The notes under the pieces: generated by a model
Database searches by the model: none
Told to the model about the DNA's origin: nothing
Seen by the model: the letters and a program-made list of their open reading frames with translations, nothing else
From: Candidatus Woesearchaeota archaeon
Lineage (GTDB): Archaea; Nanobdellota; Nanobdellia; Woesearchaeales; GCA-2686295
NCBI GenBank assembly: GCA_013202845.1
Contig: JABMPT010000005.1
Span: 71,308-135,307, forward strand
Direction of reading: 5' to 3'
Length of the DNA stretch: 64,000 nucleotides
Shown: positions 19,928 to 29,897 of the stretch, one piece after another
How positions within the stretch are numbered: the stretch's first letter is position 1
Layout: every line of letters starts with the position of its first letter
Program-made: the position numbers and the translations under genes

Positions 19928-20482
19928 CTATCCACAATTCATAACTCTTTCCTCTGTGATAATTATGTCTACAGGAATATCATGTGTTTGATTCGGTAAT
20001 TCCTTGACAACTTGCTTTTCAAAAGCTAAACCTATCTTCAAAGCATTACTTATTTTTCTCAAGAATTTGTCATAATATCCTTTACCATAACCTAGTCTAT
20101 GGCCTTTTTGGTCAAATACTATGCCAGGAACTATAACAATATCAAGAGGAATTGTTTCTTCTATTGGATTAATAGGTTCTAATATCTCAAATATTCCTTT
20201 TTTTAGTTTAGCAAACCCTAGAAACTTGGTGTATTTTATCTCATCTCCAACTACATAAGGAATAAAAACTTCTTTAGTTTCACTAATTTCTGTTATTAAA
20301 GTATGTGTTTGTACTTCATTATCGATAGAGATATAACAATGAACTTTTCTTGAAGCTGTGAATTCTTCTAAGTCAAAAAGTATTTTTTTTATTTTATTAC
20401 TCTTATTAGCCACAACTTCCTTACTCAGGCTATTTCTTTTTACTAATATTTCTTGTCTAAGAGTTTGCTTAAATTGATTCAT
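19928..20482 (-). CDS. 5-formyltetrahydrofolate cyclo-ligase
   Basis: VPGIVFD..GHRLGYGKGYYD, HDIPVDIIITE. Confidence 0.92.
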   Translation of the reverse strand: MNQFKQTLRQEILVKRNSLSKEVVANKSNKIKKILFDLEEFTASRKVHCYISIDNEVQTHTLITEISETKEVFIPYVVGDEIKYTKFLGFAKLKKGIFEILEPINPIEETIPLDIVIVPGIVFDQKGHRLGYGKGYYDKFLRKISNALKIGLAFEKQVVKELPNQTHDIPVDIIITEERVMNCG

Positions 20483-21140
20483 CGTTTTTTAGAAAAACTT
20501 TTTCTCCATTAACTTCTTTATACGGTAAATCTCTGGCTCCAAGAAAATATGTTGCTCTGATTCTTAGTTTCACTTCCTCTTCATTCATTTCATCTGTGAT
20601 TTTGCAAAGTTTTTGAAGTTCTTTTCTAGTATAAGGTTTTCTTTCCCAAGTCTCATTAGACTCTGGTAAACGCTTGTTTTCAATAATACACGCAAATATT
20701 TCATGAAATAGTTTTACAAGGTAATCTATTGTTCTTTCTTTTAATTTGAGAACTGTGTCATCTTCATACATCGGAAATCTAAGTACTTTTACAATTTTTC
20801 CTGAGTCAACTCTTGATATCATATAATGGCAGGTTACACCATATTCTTTATCTTTGTTATATATTGCAAAGTTATAGCATCCTATGCCAGGATATTTTGG
20901 AGGTGCAGGATGAAAGTTAATTGCTAACTTAGTTTTATTCAACAACCATTCAGGCACTATCCAAGGACAAAGAAAAGATATTACATAATCACCAAACCAA
21001 TCTTTTAGCTCTTCTGGAAATTTATCTCCAAATTCTCCTTCAAAAATTTTCAAATCTACTTCTTTTGGAATTCTTTCTTTTACAAACGTTTGTATTTCTT
21101 TACAAGCATCAGATGTTTTTGTCAGTAAAAGAATTTTCAT
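20469..21140 (-). CDS. Formyltransferase-domain protein (candidate sugar N-formyltransferase)
   Basis: AINFHPAPP.YPG, GVTCH, VDSG; lacks the Fmt C-terminal domain; sits in the sugar operon. Confidence 0.8.
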   Translation of the reverse strand: MKILLLTKTSDACKEIQTFVKERIPKEVDLKIFEGEFGDKFPEELKDWFGDYVISFLCPWIVPEWLLNKTKLAINFHPAPPKYPGIGCYNFAIYNKDKEYGVTCHYMISRVDSGKIVKVLRFPMYEDDTVLKLKERTIDYLVKLFHEIFACIIENKRLPESNETWERKPYTRKELQKLCKITDEMNEEEVKLRIRATYFLGARDLPYKEVNGEKVFLKNDESI

Positions 21141-21141
21141 T

Positions 21142-22275
21142 TTAGTAGGTTATTTGTTTTTGCAATAATTTCTTGTCTATTTTTATAGATTTCAAAACTT
21201 TGATTATTCTAGGAGCTGTTTTTCCATCACCATAAGGATTCTTACATAATTTTAGTTTTTCTTTGAAACTTAAAGACATTGATTTCTTTATTGCTTTTTC
21301 TATTGAATCTTCGTTGTAACCTACATTTATAACATTAAAAGTTCTGTCTCTTCTGTTTTGTCTTGTTCCAATGTTTACAACAGGCAACTTAAAAGATGCG
21401 GCTTCTATTATTCCGCTACTGGAATTTCCAACAAGAACTTCTATGTTATTCAGTAAACTTAAATATTCATCATGAGGAATATTTTTGAATATCTTAAATT
21501 TAGGATTTTTTGAAAACTCTTTAATCTTATCTATTATTTTTCTTCCTCCTGCATCTGCATTTGGGTACACAATGATTGTTTGATAACCTAGTTCTTCTAC
21601 AGCTTTTAGAGTTTTAGAAACTTGGTTATCAGGATTATCTTCTCCTGTTACTGGATGTTGAATAACCATTAATGTTTTTTCATCGTTTAAACTTAACTTT
21701 TTGAATAATTTTTTTCTTGGAATGGTTTTATTTTTAACAATACAATCCAAGCCGGGAGCCCCAACAACATAAATTCTCCATTTATCCTCACCCATTTTTC
21801 TTATTCTTTCAGCACTATTTTCTGTGCATGGCAAATGAATATGAGACAATTTAGTGATTGAGTGACGTGAGATTTCATCAACAGTAGATGTTACTTCCCC
21901 TCCATGTAAGTGAGCTACTGGAATAGTTAAATAAGCGCCCACTATTGCAGCGCCTAACATTTCAGCTCTATCACCAAGAACTACTATTATGTCTGGTTTT
22001 GATTTCTTCACATAGATTGCTAACTTATTAATGAATTCACTCAAAAAAATAACCATTGAATTTTTATCATCTTTTTTGTAAATAGAATTTATTTTCTTAA
22101 TTTTAAATCCCTCTTGTTCTATGTCTCTATAAGTATTTCCAAAATCCTTCATTAAGTGCATGCCTGTAGCGACTAAATCTAATTTCAGATCTTTGTCTTT
22201 TTTTATTAAAAATAGCACCTCTTTCATTAAACCATAGTCAGCTCTTGTTCCAGAAACACATATTATTTTTCTCAT
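21142..22275 (-). CDS. neuC: Hydrolysing NDP-N-acylsugar 2-epimerase (NeuC/LegG)
   Basis: GTRADYG, TGMHL, LGDR.E, HGGE, GNSSSG, NPYGDG. Confidence 0.92.
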   Translation of the reverse strand: MRKIICVSGTRADYGLMKEVLFLIKKDKDLKLDLVATGMHLMKDFGNTYRDIEQEGFKIKKINSIYKKDDKNSMVIFLSEFINKLAIYVKKSKPDIIVVLGDRAEMLGAAIVGAYLTIPVAHLHGGEVTSTVDEISRHSITKLSHIHLPCTENSAERIRKMGEDKWRIYVVGAPGLDCIVKNKTIPRKKLFKKLSLNDEKTLMVIQHPVTGEDNPDNQVSKTLKAVEELGYQTIIVYPNADAGGRKIIDKIKEFSKNPKFKIFKNIPHDEYLSLLNNIEVLVGNSSSGIIEAASFKLPVVNIGTRQNRRDRTFNVINVGYNEDSIEKAIKKSMSLSFKEKLKLCKNPYGDGKTAPRIIKVLKSIKIDKKLLQKQITY

Positions 22276-24014
22276 TTTAAGTCATTCCAAAGAATTAATT
22301 TATCTTTTGCAATATTTTTTTTTGCGATTTTCCCTAGAACTTTGGAAATATCTTGAGGAGGTATACCTGTGCCAGGCCTCTTGATTATTATCATATCAGA
22401 AGTTATAACCGTCCCTTTTGCAATGTCTTGTTTTGCTACTAGACTTTTCTTTGCAACAACTTCTATTCTCTTCTCTGAATCAGTTGATTTTTTCTCTTCT
22501 GAACCTCTAATTATTTCTACTAAACGTATTTGCTTCACCATTTCTTTTAACTCTTTAGGTTCAAGTGATGCTTTGTGATCTGGCCCTTCCATATTTCTAT
22601 CGAGAGTAAAATGTTTCTCAATAACAACCGCACCCATAGATGCAGCAACTAAAGGAACAACTATTCCTTCTGTATGATCAGAATAACCAACTAAGCATTC
22701 TAATTCTTTTCTCATTGTTTCCATTGCTCTAAGATTTACTTCTTCATAAGGTGTTGGATAATTAGTTGTGCAATGCAATATCACTATATTATTATTTCCT
22801 TGAGATTTCATAGATTCATAAGCTTCTTTCACATCTTCCATAGTTGACATCCCTGTAGCTAGTATTATTGGCTTGTTCTTCTTTGCCATTTTAACAAGAT
22901 AAGGAATATTATTTACTTCTCCTGATCCTGCTTTGAAAGCTACAACTCCCAATTCATCTAAGAAATCAATTGAATCTTCATCAAAAGGAGTTGACAAAAA
23001 TATTAGTCCTTTTTTCTCTGCATATTCTTTCAATATTTGGTGATACTCTTCCTTTAATTCAAGTCTTTTCAACATTTCAAACTGTGTTTCTTGTTTTCCG
23101 ATATTTTTTTTCTGATATTCTGCTTGATCAGCATCTTTTGTCACTAGTTTTTCAGCTTTGAAAGTCTGGAATTTAACAGCATCAACTCCTGCATCTGCAG
23201 CAACATCAATAAGTTTCTTGGCAATTTCTAAATCACCATTGTGATTCACTCCTGCTTCAGCTATCATAAAACAAGGACTGTTATTGTCAATTGTTTTATT
23301 TCCAATCTTAATTTCTGGAAGATCTTCTTTTTCAATTAAAGATTCTGCAATCTTAAAATCAATTTCCTCATCAATATCTAAAGATTCATGAGAAGACATA
23401 ACTAAAGGAGTAACTCTATCTCCCCAAACATAATTCTCTGAGTTCATGATTAGTTCTTTATTAAAAATATATACTGAACCATTTATCAAATAAATAGCAT
23501 TATCTTTTTGGTCTTGTTTTCTTATTTTTGAAAAATCATTTTTTGAAATGAATTTGAGTTCATCTTTTTCTATTCTTAAGAACCAATTCGATGGCATATC
23601 TGCTTTCTTAACAGAAATCATCATATCTGAATTTGATTTCATAAATTTATTTATAGCTTTAGAAAGTAAATTTGAAGATCTTAAAGGAGATGTTGGTTGT
23701 AGCATAATTACAGAATCAAAGTCATAGTTTTCTTCTTCCAAAACAAATACTAGGTGCTTGAGAACATCCAAAGAAGAGGATTTATCTGTTGCTAACTCTT
23801 TTGATCTCATTATTACGTCCGCACCATATCTTCGAGAAATTCCTGCAATCTCTTTAGAATCCGTTGAAACTATAGTTCTACTTATTTCTTTACAACCAAG
23901 AGATTGTTCAATAGAATAAGCAATCAAAGGTTTTCCATTCAAGTATTTAATATTCTTTTTGGGGACTCTCTTACTTCCTCCTCTGGCCGGTATTATTGCT
24001 ATTACTTTTTTCAT
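22272..24014 (-). CDS. Fused CMP-nonulosonate synthetase (NeuA) and nonulosonate synthase (NeuB)
   Basis: IPARGGSKRVPKKN, LQPTSP, DID, followed by IAEAGVNHNG, KFQT, STPFD, GYSDHT, EKHFT and an SAF domain. Confidence 0.92.
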   Translation of the reverse strand: MKKVIAIIPARGGSKRVPKKNIKYLNGKPLIAYSIEQSLGCKEISRTIVSTDSKEIAGISRRYGADVIMRSKELATDKSSSLDVLKHLVFVLEEENYDFDSVIMLQPTSPLRSSNLLSKAINKFMKSNSDMMISVKKADMPSNWFLRIEKDELKFISKNDFSKIRKQDQKDNAIYLINGSVYIFNKELIMNSENYVWGDRVTPLVMSSHESLDIDEEIDFKIAESLIEKEDLPEIKIGNKTIDNNSPCFMIAEAGVNHNGDLEIAKKLIDVAADAGVDAVKFQTFKAEKLVTKDADQAEYQKKNIGKQETQFEMLKRLELKEEYHQILKEYAEKKGLIFLSTPFDEDSIDFLDELGVVAFKAGSGEVNNIPYLVKMAKKNKPIILATGMSTMEDVKEAYESMKSQGNNNIVILHCTTNYPTPYEEVNLRAMETMRKELECLVGYSDHTEGIVVPLVAASMGAVVIEKHFTLDRNMEGPDHKASLEPKELKEMVKQIRLVEIIRGSEEKKSTDSEKRIEVVAKKSLVAKQDIAKGTVITSDMIIIKRPGTGIPPQDISKVLGKIAKKNIAKDKLILWNDLK

Positions 24015-24018
24015 TAAC

Positions 24019-25275
24019 TCACTTCCATACACGATGTCTTAAAACCCATTTATCATTTGCTTTTTTCCACAAATGAGGTGATCTGAATTTATCGGCAACT
24101 TCAAAAAACTCTTTTTCACTCATATCAATATACTCCAAAAACTCTTTGAAGTATCTTTTTGGGAATTCTTCATCAAATTTCTTAACTAAAGCAACAGCTT
24201 CTTCTCTTGTAATCTTTTCATTACGAACTTCTTGAGAAGCATCATAAGTTGCTCTACCAATTCCAAATTTAATTAATGTAGTCCAATAATGGAATGGATC
24301 AGTTTTGTCATCTATGCTGTTGTATTTTGAATATGTACCCTCAGTTCGTTGATCATTCGCCTGAAAATCCACTTTATCAACAGCAAAATAATAAGCTTCT
24401 TGAGGATCCCATTTAATATAATATCCCATATAATGAACCTGAATACCAGCTTTTTCTATCTCATTAGGATCGAGTGGCAAATACGGGACAAGATCAACTC
24501 TTTCAAGTCCATGTTTTTCAATTAAATCACTAACTTTTACTCCGAAAATAAACATATCATTAAAATTTTCACCACAGTGATATTTTTGAGAGCGTAAAGC
24601 AGTTACGGTATCTTGAATAGGATTTCCATACTCGGCTTCATTTTCACCATAAAAAACTAATGGGACACCATATTTCAATGCGAAACATGCACCAATGTTT
24701 TTTTGACCCAATATAAAAGGTTGAAAAGGATGCAATAAATTAGTATAAGCCAATTTTGTTAATAATCTATGTACTTTACCATTTGGTGTAAATAAAATAT
24801 TATCAAATCCGCCTTTATGTACCCAATTAATAAAATAATTCCATCCATAGGGAGTGTACATATGAGGAGCCCAAGTGACAGTAAGAGGATGCATATCGTA
24901 TTTATACTTTAAAATCCAAGAAGCCATAATACTATCTTTTCCGCCACTTCCTGATACAATACAATCATATCTTCCATCTGTTCTTCGGTATTTATCACAT
25001 AGTTTTTTTAATTCTTTTTCACGTTTTTTCCAATCAATATTATGATTTTTTTTATCAGTTACTTTACAGGCATCACAAACTCCATCCTCATCAAAATTTA
25101 TAGTTTCTTTTTTAGTTTTAATATTATGTTTAAACTCAACTGCTGAATTAGGCCTCTGATTTGAAATAACACATCTCTTACAAAATTTAACTTCCCTTGG
25201 CAGACCATAGAGAACTGAAACATTATCAGTTTTTTCTTCTTTATATTCCTTTGGGTCAACATTTGATGTTACCAT
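24019..25275 (-). CDS. N-acetyl sugar amidotransferase (PseA/WbuX-like)
   Basis: CxxC, CDAC, SGGKDS PP-loop, YGE, DDK, KFGIGRA. Confidence 0.88.
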   Translation of the reverse strand: MVTSNVDPKEYKEEKTDNVSVLYGLPREVKFCKRCVISNQRPNSAVEFKHNIKTKKETINFDEDGVCDACKVTDKKNHNIDWKKREKELKKLCDKYRRTDGRYDCIVSGSGGKDSIMASWILKYKYDMHPLTVTWAPHMYTPYGWNYFINWVHKGGFDNILFTPNGKVHRLLTKLAYTNLLHPFQPFILGQKNIGACFALKYGVPLVFYGENEAEYGNPIQDTVTALRSQKYHCGENFNDMFIFGVKVSDLIEKHGLERVDLVPYLPLDPNEIEKAGIQVHYMGYYIKWDPQEAYYFAVDKVDFQANDQRTEGTYSKYNSIDDKTDPFHYWTTLIKFGIGRATYDASQEVRNEKITREEAVALVKKFDEEFPKRYFKEFLEYIDMSEKEFFEVADKFRSPHLWKKANDKWVLRHRVWK

Positions 25276-26718
25276 TTAGACTACCCCCAAAAATCTCTTC
25301 AAAATTTTTAGTCCTAAATAATCACATTTTTCAGGATGAAACTGGGTTCCATATACATTGCCTCTCTTTACAACAGAACAAAATGATTGGTTGCCATATT
25401 CTGATTCTGCAAGAATATCTTCATTATCTTTAGGAACACACCTAAATGAGTGAACAAAGTACATTAACGAGTTGTTAGACACACCTTCAAGAATAGTGTT
25501 TTGCCATGATTTGTTTTTAGGAATAACTATTTCACTCCAGCCAACATGAGGCAATCTAATCCTTTTACTTATTTTTTCAGGTTCTAATTTCTTTACAACA
25601 CCTGGTATTACTCCCAATCCTTCATGGACCCCAAATTCTTCTCCTTTCTCAAATAATAACTGCATACCTAAACATATCCCTAATAAAGGCTTTCCTGAGT
25701 TTACATAATCCCTTACAGCTTCAATGAGTCTATTCAACCTAAAGTTGTTCATACCTTCACTGAAAGATCCTACTCCAGGAATAATAAGCATCTCAGAATT
25801 ATTTATTTCATCAGGATTTTTAACAAATCTATATTCATAACCGAGACTTTCTATAGCAGATTTTAAACTATACAAGTTTCCAAGACCATAATCAACAATT
25901 GAAACTGTCTTTTTATCATTCTTATTATTCTTAATATCATCTTTTAAATCTTCTCTAATTCTGATATCATTAACTCCTTGTTCAAGTAAATATTTTTTAA
26001 TTTTTTCAATAGTAGTCTCATCATAATGCAGGACTGAAGCAAAACTCACAGCATCACATTTAGTTTCTTCAATGCATTTCTTAATATCTTCTATACTTCC
26101 AGCACCACCAGAAGCAATAATAGGAACATCAACAGAGTCAGTAATCTGTTTTATTAGTTCCAAGTCATATCCTTTTTTTAAACCATCTTTATCAACAGCA
26201 GTTACCAATAACTCTCCAGCTCCAAGCTCAACAAGTTTTTTTGCCCATTCAACTGCATCCAAACCAGTCTTTTCTCGACCACAATCAATATATACCTCCC
26301 ATTTTCCTAGGCCAGATTTCTTTGCTTCAATAGAACCAACAATACATTGAGTTCCAAACATTTGTGAAGCTTCTTTAATAAAATTAGGATTTCTAGTTGC
26401 GGCGGTATTTATTGCTACTTTGTCAGCTCCCGCTCTTAAAACTTGCCTGATATCCTCAAGGTTTCTTATCCCACCTCCAACAGTCATTGGAACAAACATT
26501 CCAAGCGCAACTGTTTCTTCAATTATATGCAAAAGATTATTTCTTTCATATAAACTTGCTACTATATCAATATACAATATTTCATCAGCTCCTTGCTCAA
26601 AATACTTTTTTGCAAGTTCTGCCGGATCACCAACTACTCTTAATCCTTCCATTTGTAAACCCTTGACTACATTTTGAGATTTTATGTCAAGTCTTGAAAT
26701 TAATCTCAGTTTTTTTAT
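25276..26718 (-). CDS. HisF-like cyclase fused to HisH-like glutaminase (ammonia supply for sugar amidination)
   Basis: RLISRLDIK..VVKG lies upstream of the first ATG; GADE, VGGGIR, ASGGAG; then DYGLGN, PGVG, GICLGMQ, QFHPE; probable ATA start at 26718 behind AGGTGG. Confidence 0.88.
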   Translation of the reverse strand: MKKLRLISRLDIKSQNVVKGLQMEGLRVVGDPAELAKKYFEQGADEILYIDIVASLYERNNLLHIIEETVALGMFVPMTVGGGIRNLEDIRQVLRAGADKVAINTAATRNPNFIKEASQMFGTQCIVGSIEAKKSGLGKWEVYIDCGREKTGLDAVEWAKKLVELGAGELLVTAVDKDGLKKGYDLELIKQITDSVDVPIIASGGAGSIEDIKKCIEETKCDAVSFASVLHYDETTIEKIKKYLLEQGVNDIRIREDLKDDIKNNKNDKKTVSIVDYGLGNLYSLKSAIESLGYEYRFVKNPDEINNSEMLIIPGVGSFSEGMNNFRLNRLIEAVRDYVNSGKPLLGICLGMQLLFEKGEEFGVHEGLGVIPGVVKKLEPEKISKRIRLPHVGWSEIVIPKNKSWQNTILEGVSNNSLMYFVHSFRCVPKDNEDILAESEYGNQSFCSVVKRGNVYGTQFHPEKCDYLGLKILKRFLGVV

Positions 26719-26737
26719 TTAAACCACCTGTTTGTCT

Positions 26738-27685
26738 TTATGTAATGTTTAAGTTTTCAACATTATGTCTTTTCATGAAATCAAATAATAATAAGTGAGC
26801 AAGAAAAGTTTCCTCAGCCAAAGGTAACATTGGTTTTTGATTATTCACAATGTCATTAACAATTTTTTCTGTTATTTGACTTGTGTATAGAATTGGAAAC
26901 TGCTTCTTAGCTACTTTTTGATTTTTATCAATAATTACAATTTTTTGCTCCATTTCAAATACTGTTATTAATTCTTTTTCTGTTGATATTTGTATTGAGT
27001 TAGTCGATTCTTTTCCAGATATATTGATTGTGCATGGATATTTGTCATTAACTACAAAAGTCATACTACCTTCCATATCTTGAAATCCTTTTCTTTTTGA
27101 ATCAAATACAGATATGAGTTGAGAATCCAATATTTCATATTTTTTCATGTTTAAGAACCAAGACACTGTTTCTAAATAATGTATTCCATTGCAAGCAAAT
27201 CCTACAGACCTTTCAAAGTTGATATTAAAGGTAAATTTTGATCTGTTCTTTATTTTTGATAACAATTCTTGATATCCTGGATATGTGTGATTAGAAAAAT
27301 TGCAATAAATAGGAACCTTATTAGCTTTACTTAAAGAGAGTATATTTTTTATAACTTTCTCAGTTTGAGATAACGGTTTTTCTGATATTATTGCTTTTGG
27401 TTTTAATGAAATTACTTTAGATAGAATATCAAGTCTTGCATCTGCAGTTGTTGATACTATTATTATTGTATTATTATCAATCTTAGGTAATATGCTAGAT
27501 AAATTGGTTGTCATGTATAGGCCTTTAAAATTTAATTTATTTTCATCAATAAATTTTTTGGTAGAATCTATTGATTTTTGAAACTTGTCATGGCAAAACA
27601 GTTCAAAAGCCATATTCAAATTCGATACTGATTGTAAATGTCTTTTTCCAATACTTCCAGTTCCAATAATCATGATTTTCAACAT
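26738..27685 (-). CDS. Gfo/Idh/MocA-family oxidoreductase
   Basis: IIGTGSIGKRH, EKP, NGIH. Confidence 0.8.
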   Translation of the reverse strand: MLKIMIIGTGSIGKRHLQSVSNLNMAFELFCHDKFQKSIDSTKKFIDENKLNFKGLYMTTNLSSILPKIDNNTIIIVSTTADARLDILSKVISLKPKAIISEKPLSQTEKVIKNILSLSKANKVPIYCNFSNHTYPGYQELLSKIKNRSKFTFNINFERSVGFACNGIHYLETVSWFLNMKKYEILDSQLISVFDSKRKGFQDMEGSMTFVVNDKYPCTINISGKESTNSIQISTEKELITVFEMEQKIVIIDKNQKVAKKQFPILYTSQITEKIVNDIVNNQKPMLPLAEETFLAHLLLFDFMKRHNVENLNIT

Positions 27686-27686
27686 T

Positions 27687-28646
27687 TTAGTCATCATATC
27701 CACATATTTTATTTATAATTTCAAACATTTTCGTTTGTTCGTTAATATTTGGAAGTTCTTTTAACCCTTTTAAGTTTTCCAATGCAGCCTTTGTCATTTT
27801 TAATATCCCTGGCTTAAAGTTGTCATCATCTGAATCTGATAATGATATTTCAGACCAGTTAAATTGGTTTTTTTCACAAAATTGTAAAGTTTCTAAAGGA
27901 GAAAGCTTATATCTGCCCTTAATTGTAGATATTTCAACATTCCATCTTCCTGCTCCATCCCAAGAAGAAAAATAACTAAAAATACATTTACTTGTTTCTC
28001 CACAGCCACTAAATATGTTTCCAGATGGATGTTTTTCCCAATATCCATCGATTTTTGTAAAAATATTTTTAGGAATTCCTATTAAATAAAAAGCAAGGTC
28101 AATTACATGAATAGAATTTGCTATTCCCCATCTAGCCACAACTTTTTTTGTTTCTTTCTGATTGTCTAGAACATCTTTTTGTCTTTCTGTAAAGTCAAAA
28201 AAACAACCTGTAATATTCTCATTCTGAAGGATAGATTTTAGCTTAATTACTGAGCTATAGAACCTTCTATTAAGAGCATATCTAATAATGACTTTGTCGT
28301 TAATTTGTTTTTTTATTTCTTTCATTTCTTTTAGATCTACAGATCCTGGTTTTTCGACTAGTATATTCTTAAATCCTTTCTTTGCACAGTTTATTGTTAT
28401 ATTTTTTAATGATGGAATTGCAGAAGCTACTATAACTAAATCTATTTTTTCAGGATCAAAGTTTGAAAGAGACTCAATACTATTTCCCATAGATTCAAAG
28501 CCATATTTGTCTGCAGTTTTCCTTGCATTTTCAAGGTTTCTACTAATAACAGTAACTTTTGCACCTAGTTCTTTCAAAACCTTAAGGTATTCCTCCGCCA
28601 TATAACTTGAACCAAACACAATTACATTTTTTATCATTTTTTCCAT
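27687..28646 (-). CDS. Gfo/Idh/MocA-family oxidoreductase
   Basis: VFGSSYMA, VEKPG, NRRFY, NSIHVID. Confidence 0.8.
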   Translation of the reverse strand: MEKMIKNVIVFGSSYMAEEYLKVLKELGAKVTVISRNLENARKTADKYGFESMGNSIESLSNFDPEKIDLVIVASAIPSLKNITINCAKKGFKNILVEKPGSVDLKEMKEIKKQINDKVIIRYALNRRFYSSVIKLKSILQNENITGCFFDFTERQKDVLDNQKETKKVVARWGIANSIHVIDLAFYLIGIPKNIFTKIDGYWEKHPSGNIFSGCGETSKCIFSYFSSWDGAGRWNVEISTIKGRYKLSPLETLQFCEKNQFNWSEISLSDSDDDNFKPGILKMTKAALENLKGLKELPNINEQTKMFEIINKICGYDD

Positions 28647-28739
28647 TTTTATCTATTTAGTAAATGTTCGTTCTAATTTTTTCCCTCAATTTTATTTATT
28701 AATTCATAAAGATTGTCTTTTGATCTTAAGTTTACTTTT

Positions 28740-29780
28740 TTAACTATTCTCTTTGAATTGCTTTAATAATCCATTTTTAATATTTTTGTGTGCAATATTA
28801 CTATTTTTAATAATACTCAACCTACCACCACATTCATTACATATTCGCATTTTATGTGAATCACCGTTTATATGTAATTTTCGCACTCTCTCAAGAATAG
28901 GACCAAGCCAAATATCCTTTATGGATGTTTCTTTAGCATTACCCAATTTAAATTTACCATAAGTATCACCACAACAAAGTCTATACTCACCATCCCACAT
29001 AATAAAAAGACGTCTCCAAGGCTGATTACACTTAAAATCCTTTGCAATTACAATATCTGTAAACTTAGTATCATCCCTTTCATTCTCTTCTTCTAAAGCA
29101 ATATCGTCTGTATATGGTCCCCAAAATTCAACATATTTTTTTACATGTTCCTCTATGTTCTTAATTGATTTTAATAGAACCATTTGTATACGAATAATTG
29201 GTTTATTTATGTTTAATTCCTTTTTGAGTTTATTAAGTCTAACAATATTTTTAAGCACAGTATTAAAATTACCACCAATACGTATAGATTCGTAGAAATC
29301 CTTTGTATACCCGTCAATCGAACAAATAATTTTATCCATGCCAGCATCAATTAATGCGCGAGCCATTTTTTCATTTAATAGATTCACATTAGTGTTAAAC
29401 ATAACTTCCAAAATACCCTTCACTTTTGCATATTTAACCATATCAGCTATGCGTGGATGCAAAAGAGGTTCGCCACGATACATTAGTTTAATAGAACACA
29501 ATCCATTTTCAGCACCCTCATCTATTAGTTTAGTATATAAATCCCAATCCATATATCCAGGTTTTGGAGGTTTAAACGACTGAAAACACATCTTGCATTT
29601 TAAATTACAAGAACTATTTGCTTCAATATCTAAATGAATAGGAAAGGAACCTACAATGCAATTTTCAGGATTTTCATTCCATTTTCTACGATATTCCAAG
29701 TATTCAGGGGAATAGTCTTGTTTTGATGTTTTAATTTCATTATAAGTCGAAAAATTCCTTTTTTCTTTAATTTCTGCCAT
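28740..29780 (-). CDS. Radical SAM protein with C-terminal SPASM/twitch domain
   Basis: CNLKCKMC, GEPLLHP, C..PW, CCGD, CNEC. Confidence 0.88.
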   Translation of the reverse strand: MAEIKEKRNFSTYNEIKTSKQDYSPEYLEYRRKWNENPENCIVGSFPIHLDIEANSSCNLKCKMCFQSFKPPKPGYMDWDLYTKLIDEGAENGLCSIKLMYRGEPLLHPRIADMVKYAKVKGILEVMFNTNVNLLNEKMARALIDAGMDKIICSIDGYTKDFYESIRIGGNFNTVLKNIVRLNKLKKELNINKPIIRIQMVLLKSIKNIEEHVKKYVEFWGPYTDDIALEEENERDDTKFTDIVIAKDFKCNQPWRRLFIMWDGEYRLCCGDTYGKFKLGNAKETSIKDIWLGPILERVRKLHINGDSHKMRICNECGGRLSIIKNSNIAHKNIKNGLLKQFKENS

Positions 29781-29897
29781 CAATTATACCTCAAAGAAAA
29801 TTAATAGTCAATAACTTATAAATGTTTCGAGAAAGAATTGTTTTTATCGACGAGCATTTGTAAAAACTAAGTCTACTTTGAAAATATATAAAATAAA

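Noticed and set aside
19839..19937. N-terminal extension of GlyA (and similar extensions at 4414, 24032, 35125, 39495, 52288, 58846)
   Set aside because: The extensions cross promoters or neighbouring genes; downstream ATGs fit the family N-termini and TATA spacing better.
25276..26718. Histidine biosynthesis
   Set aside because: The gene is adjacent to a sugar amidotransferase and no other his genes are present; it fits the glycan-modifying HisF/HisH paralogues.
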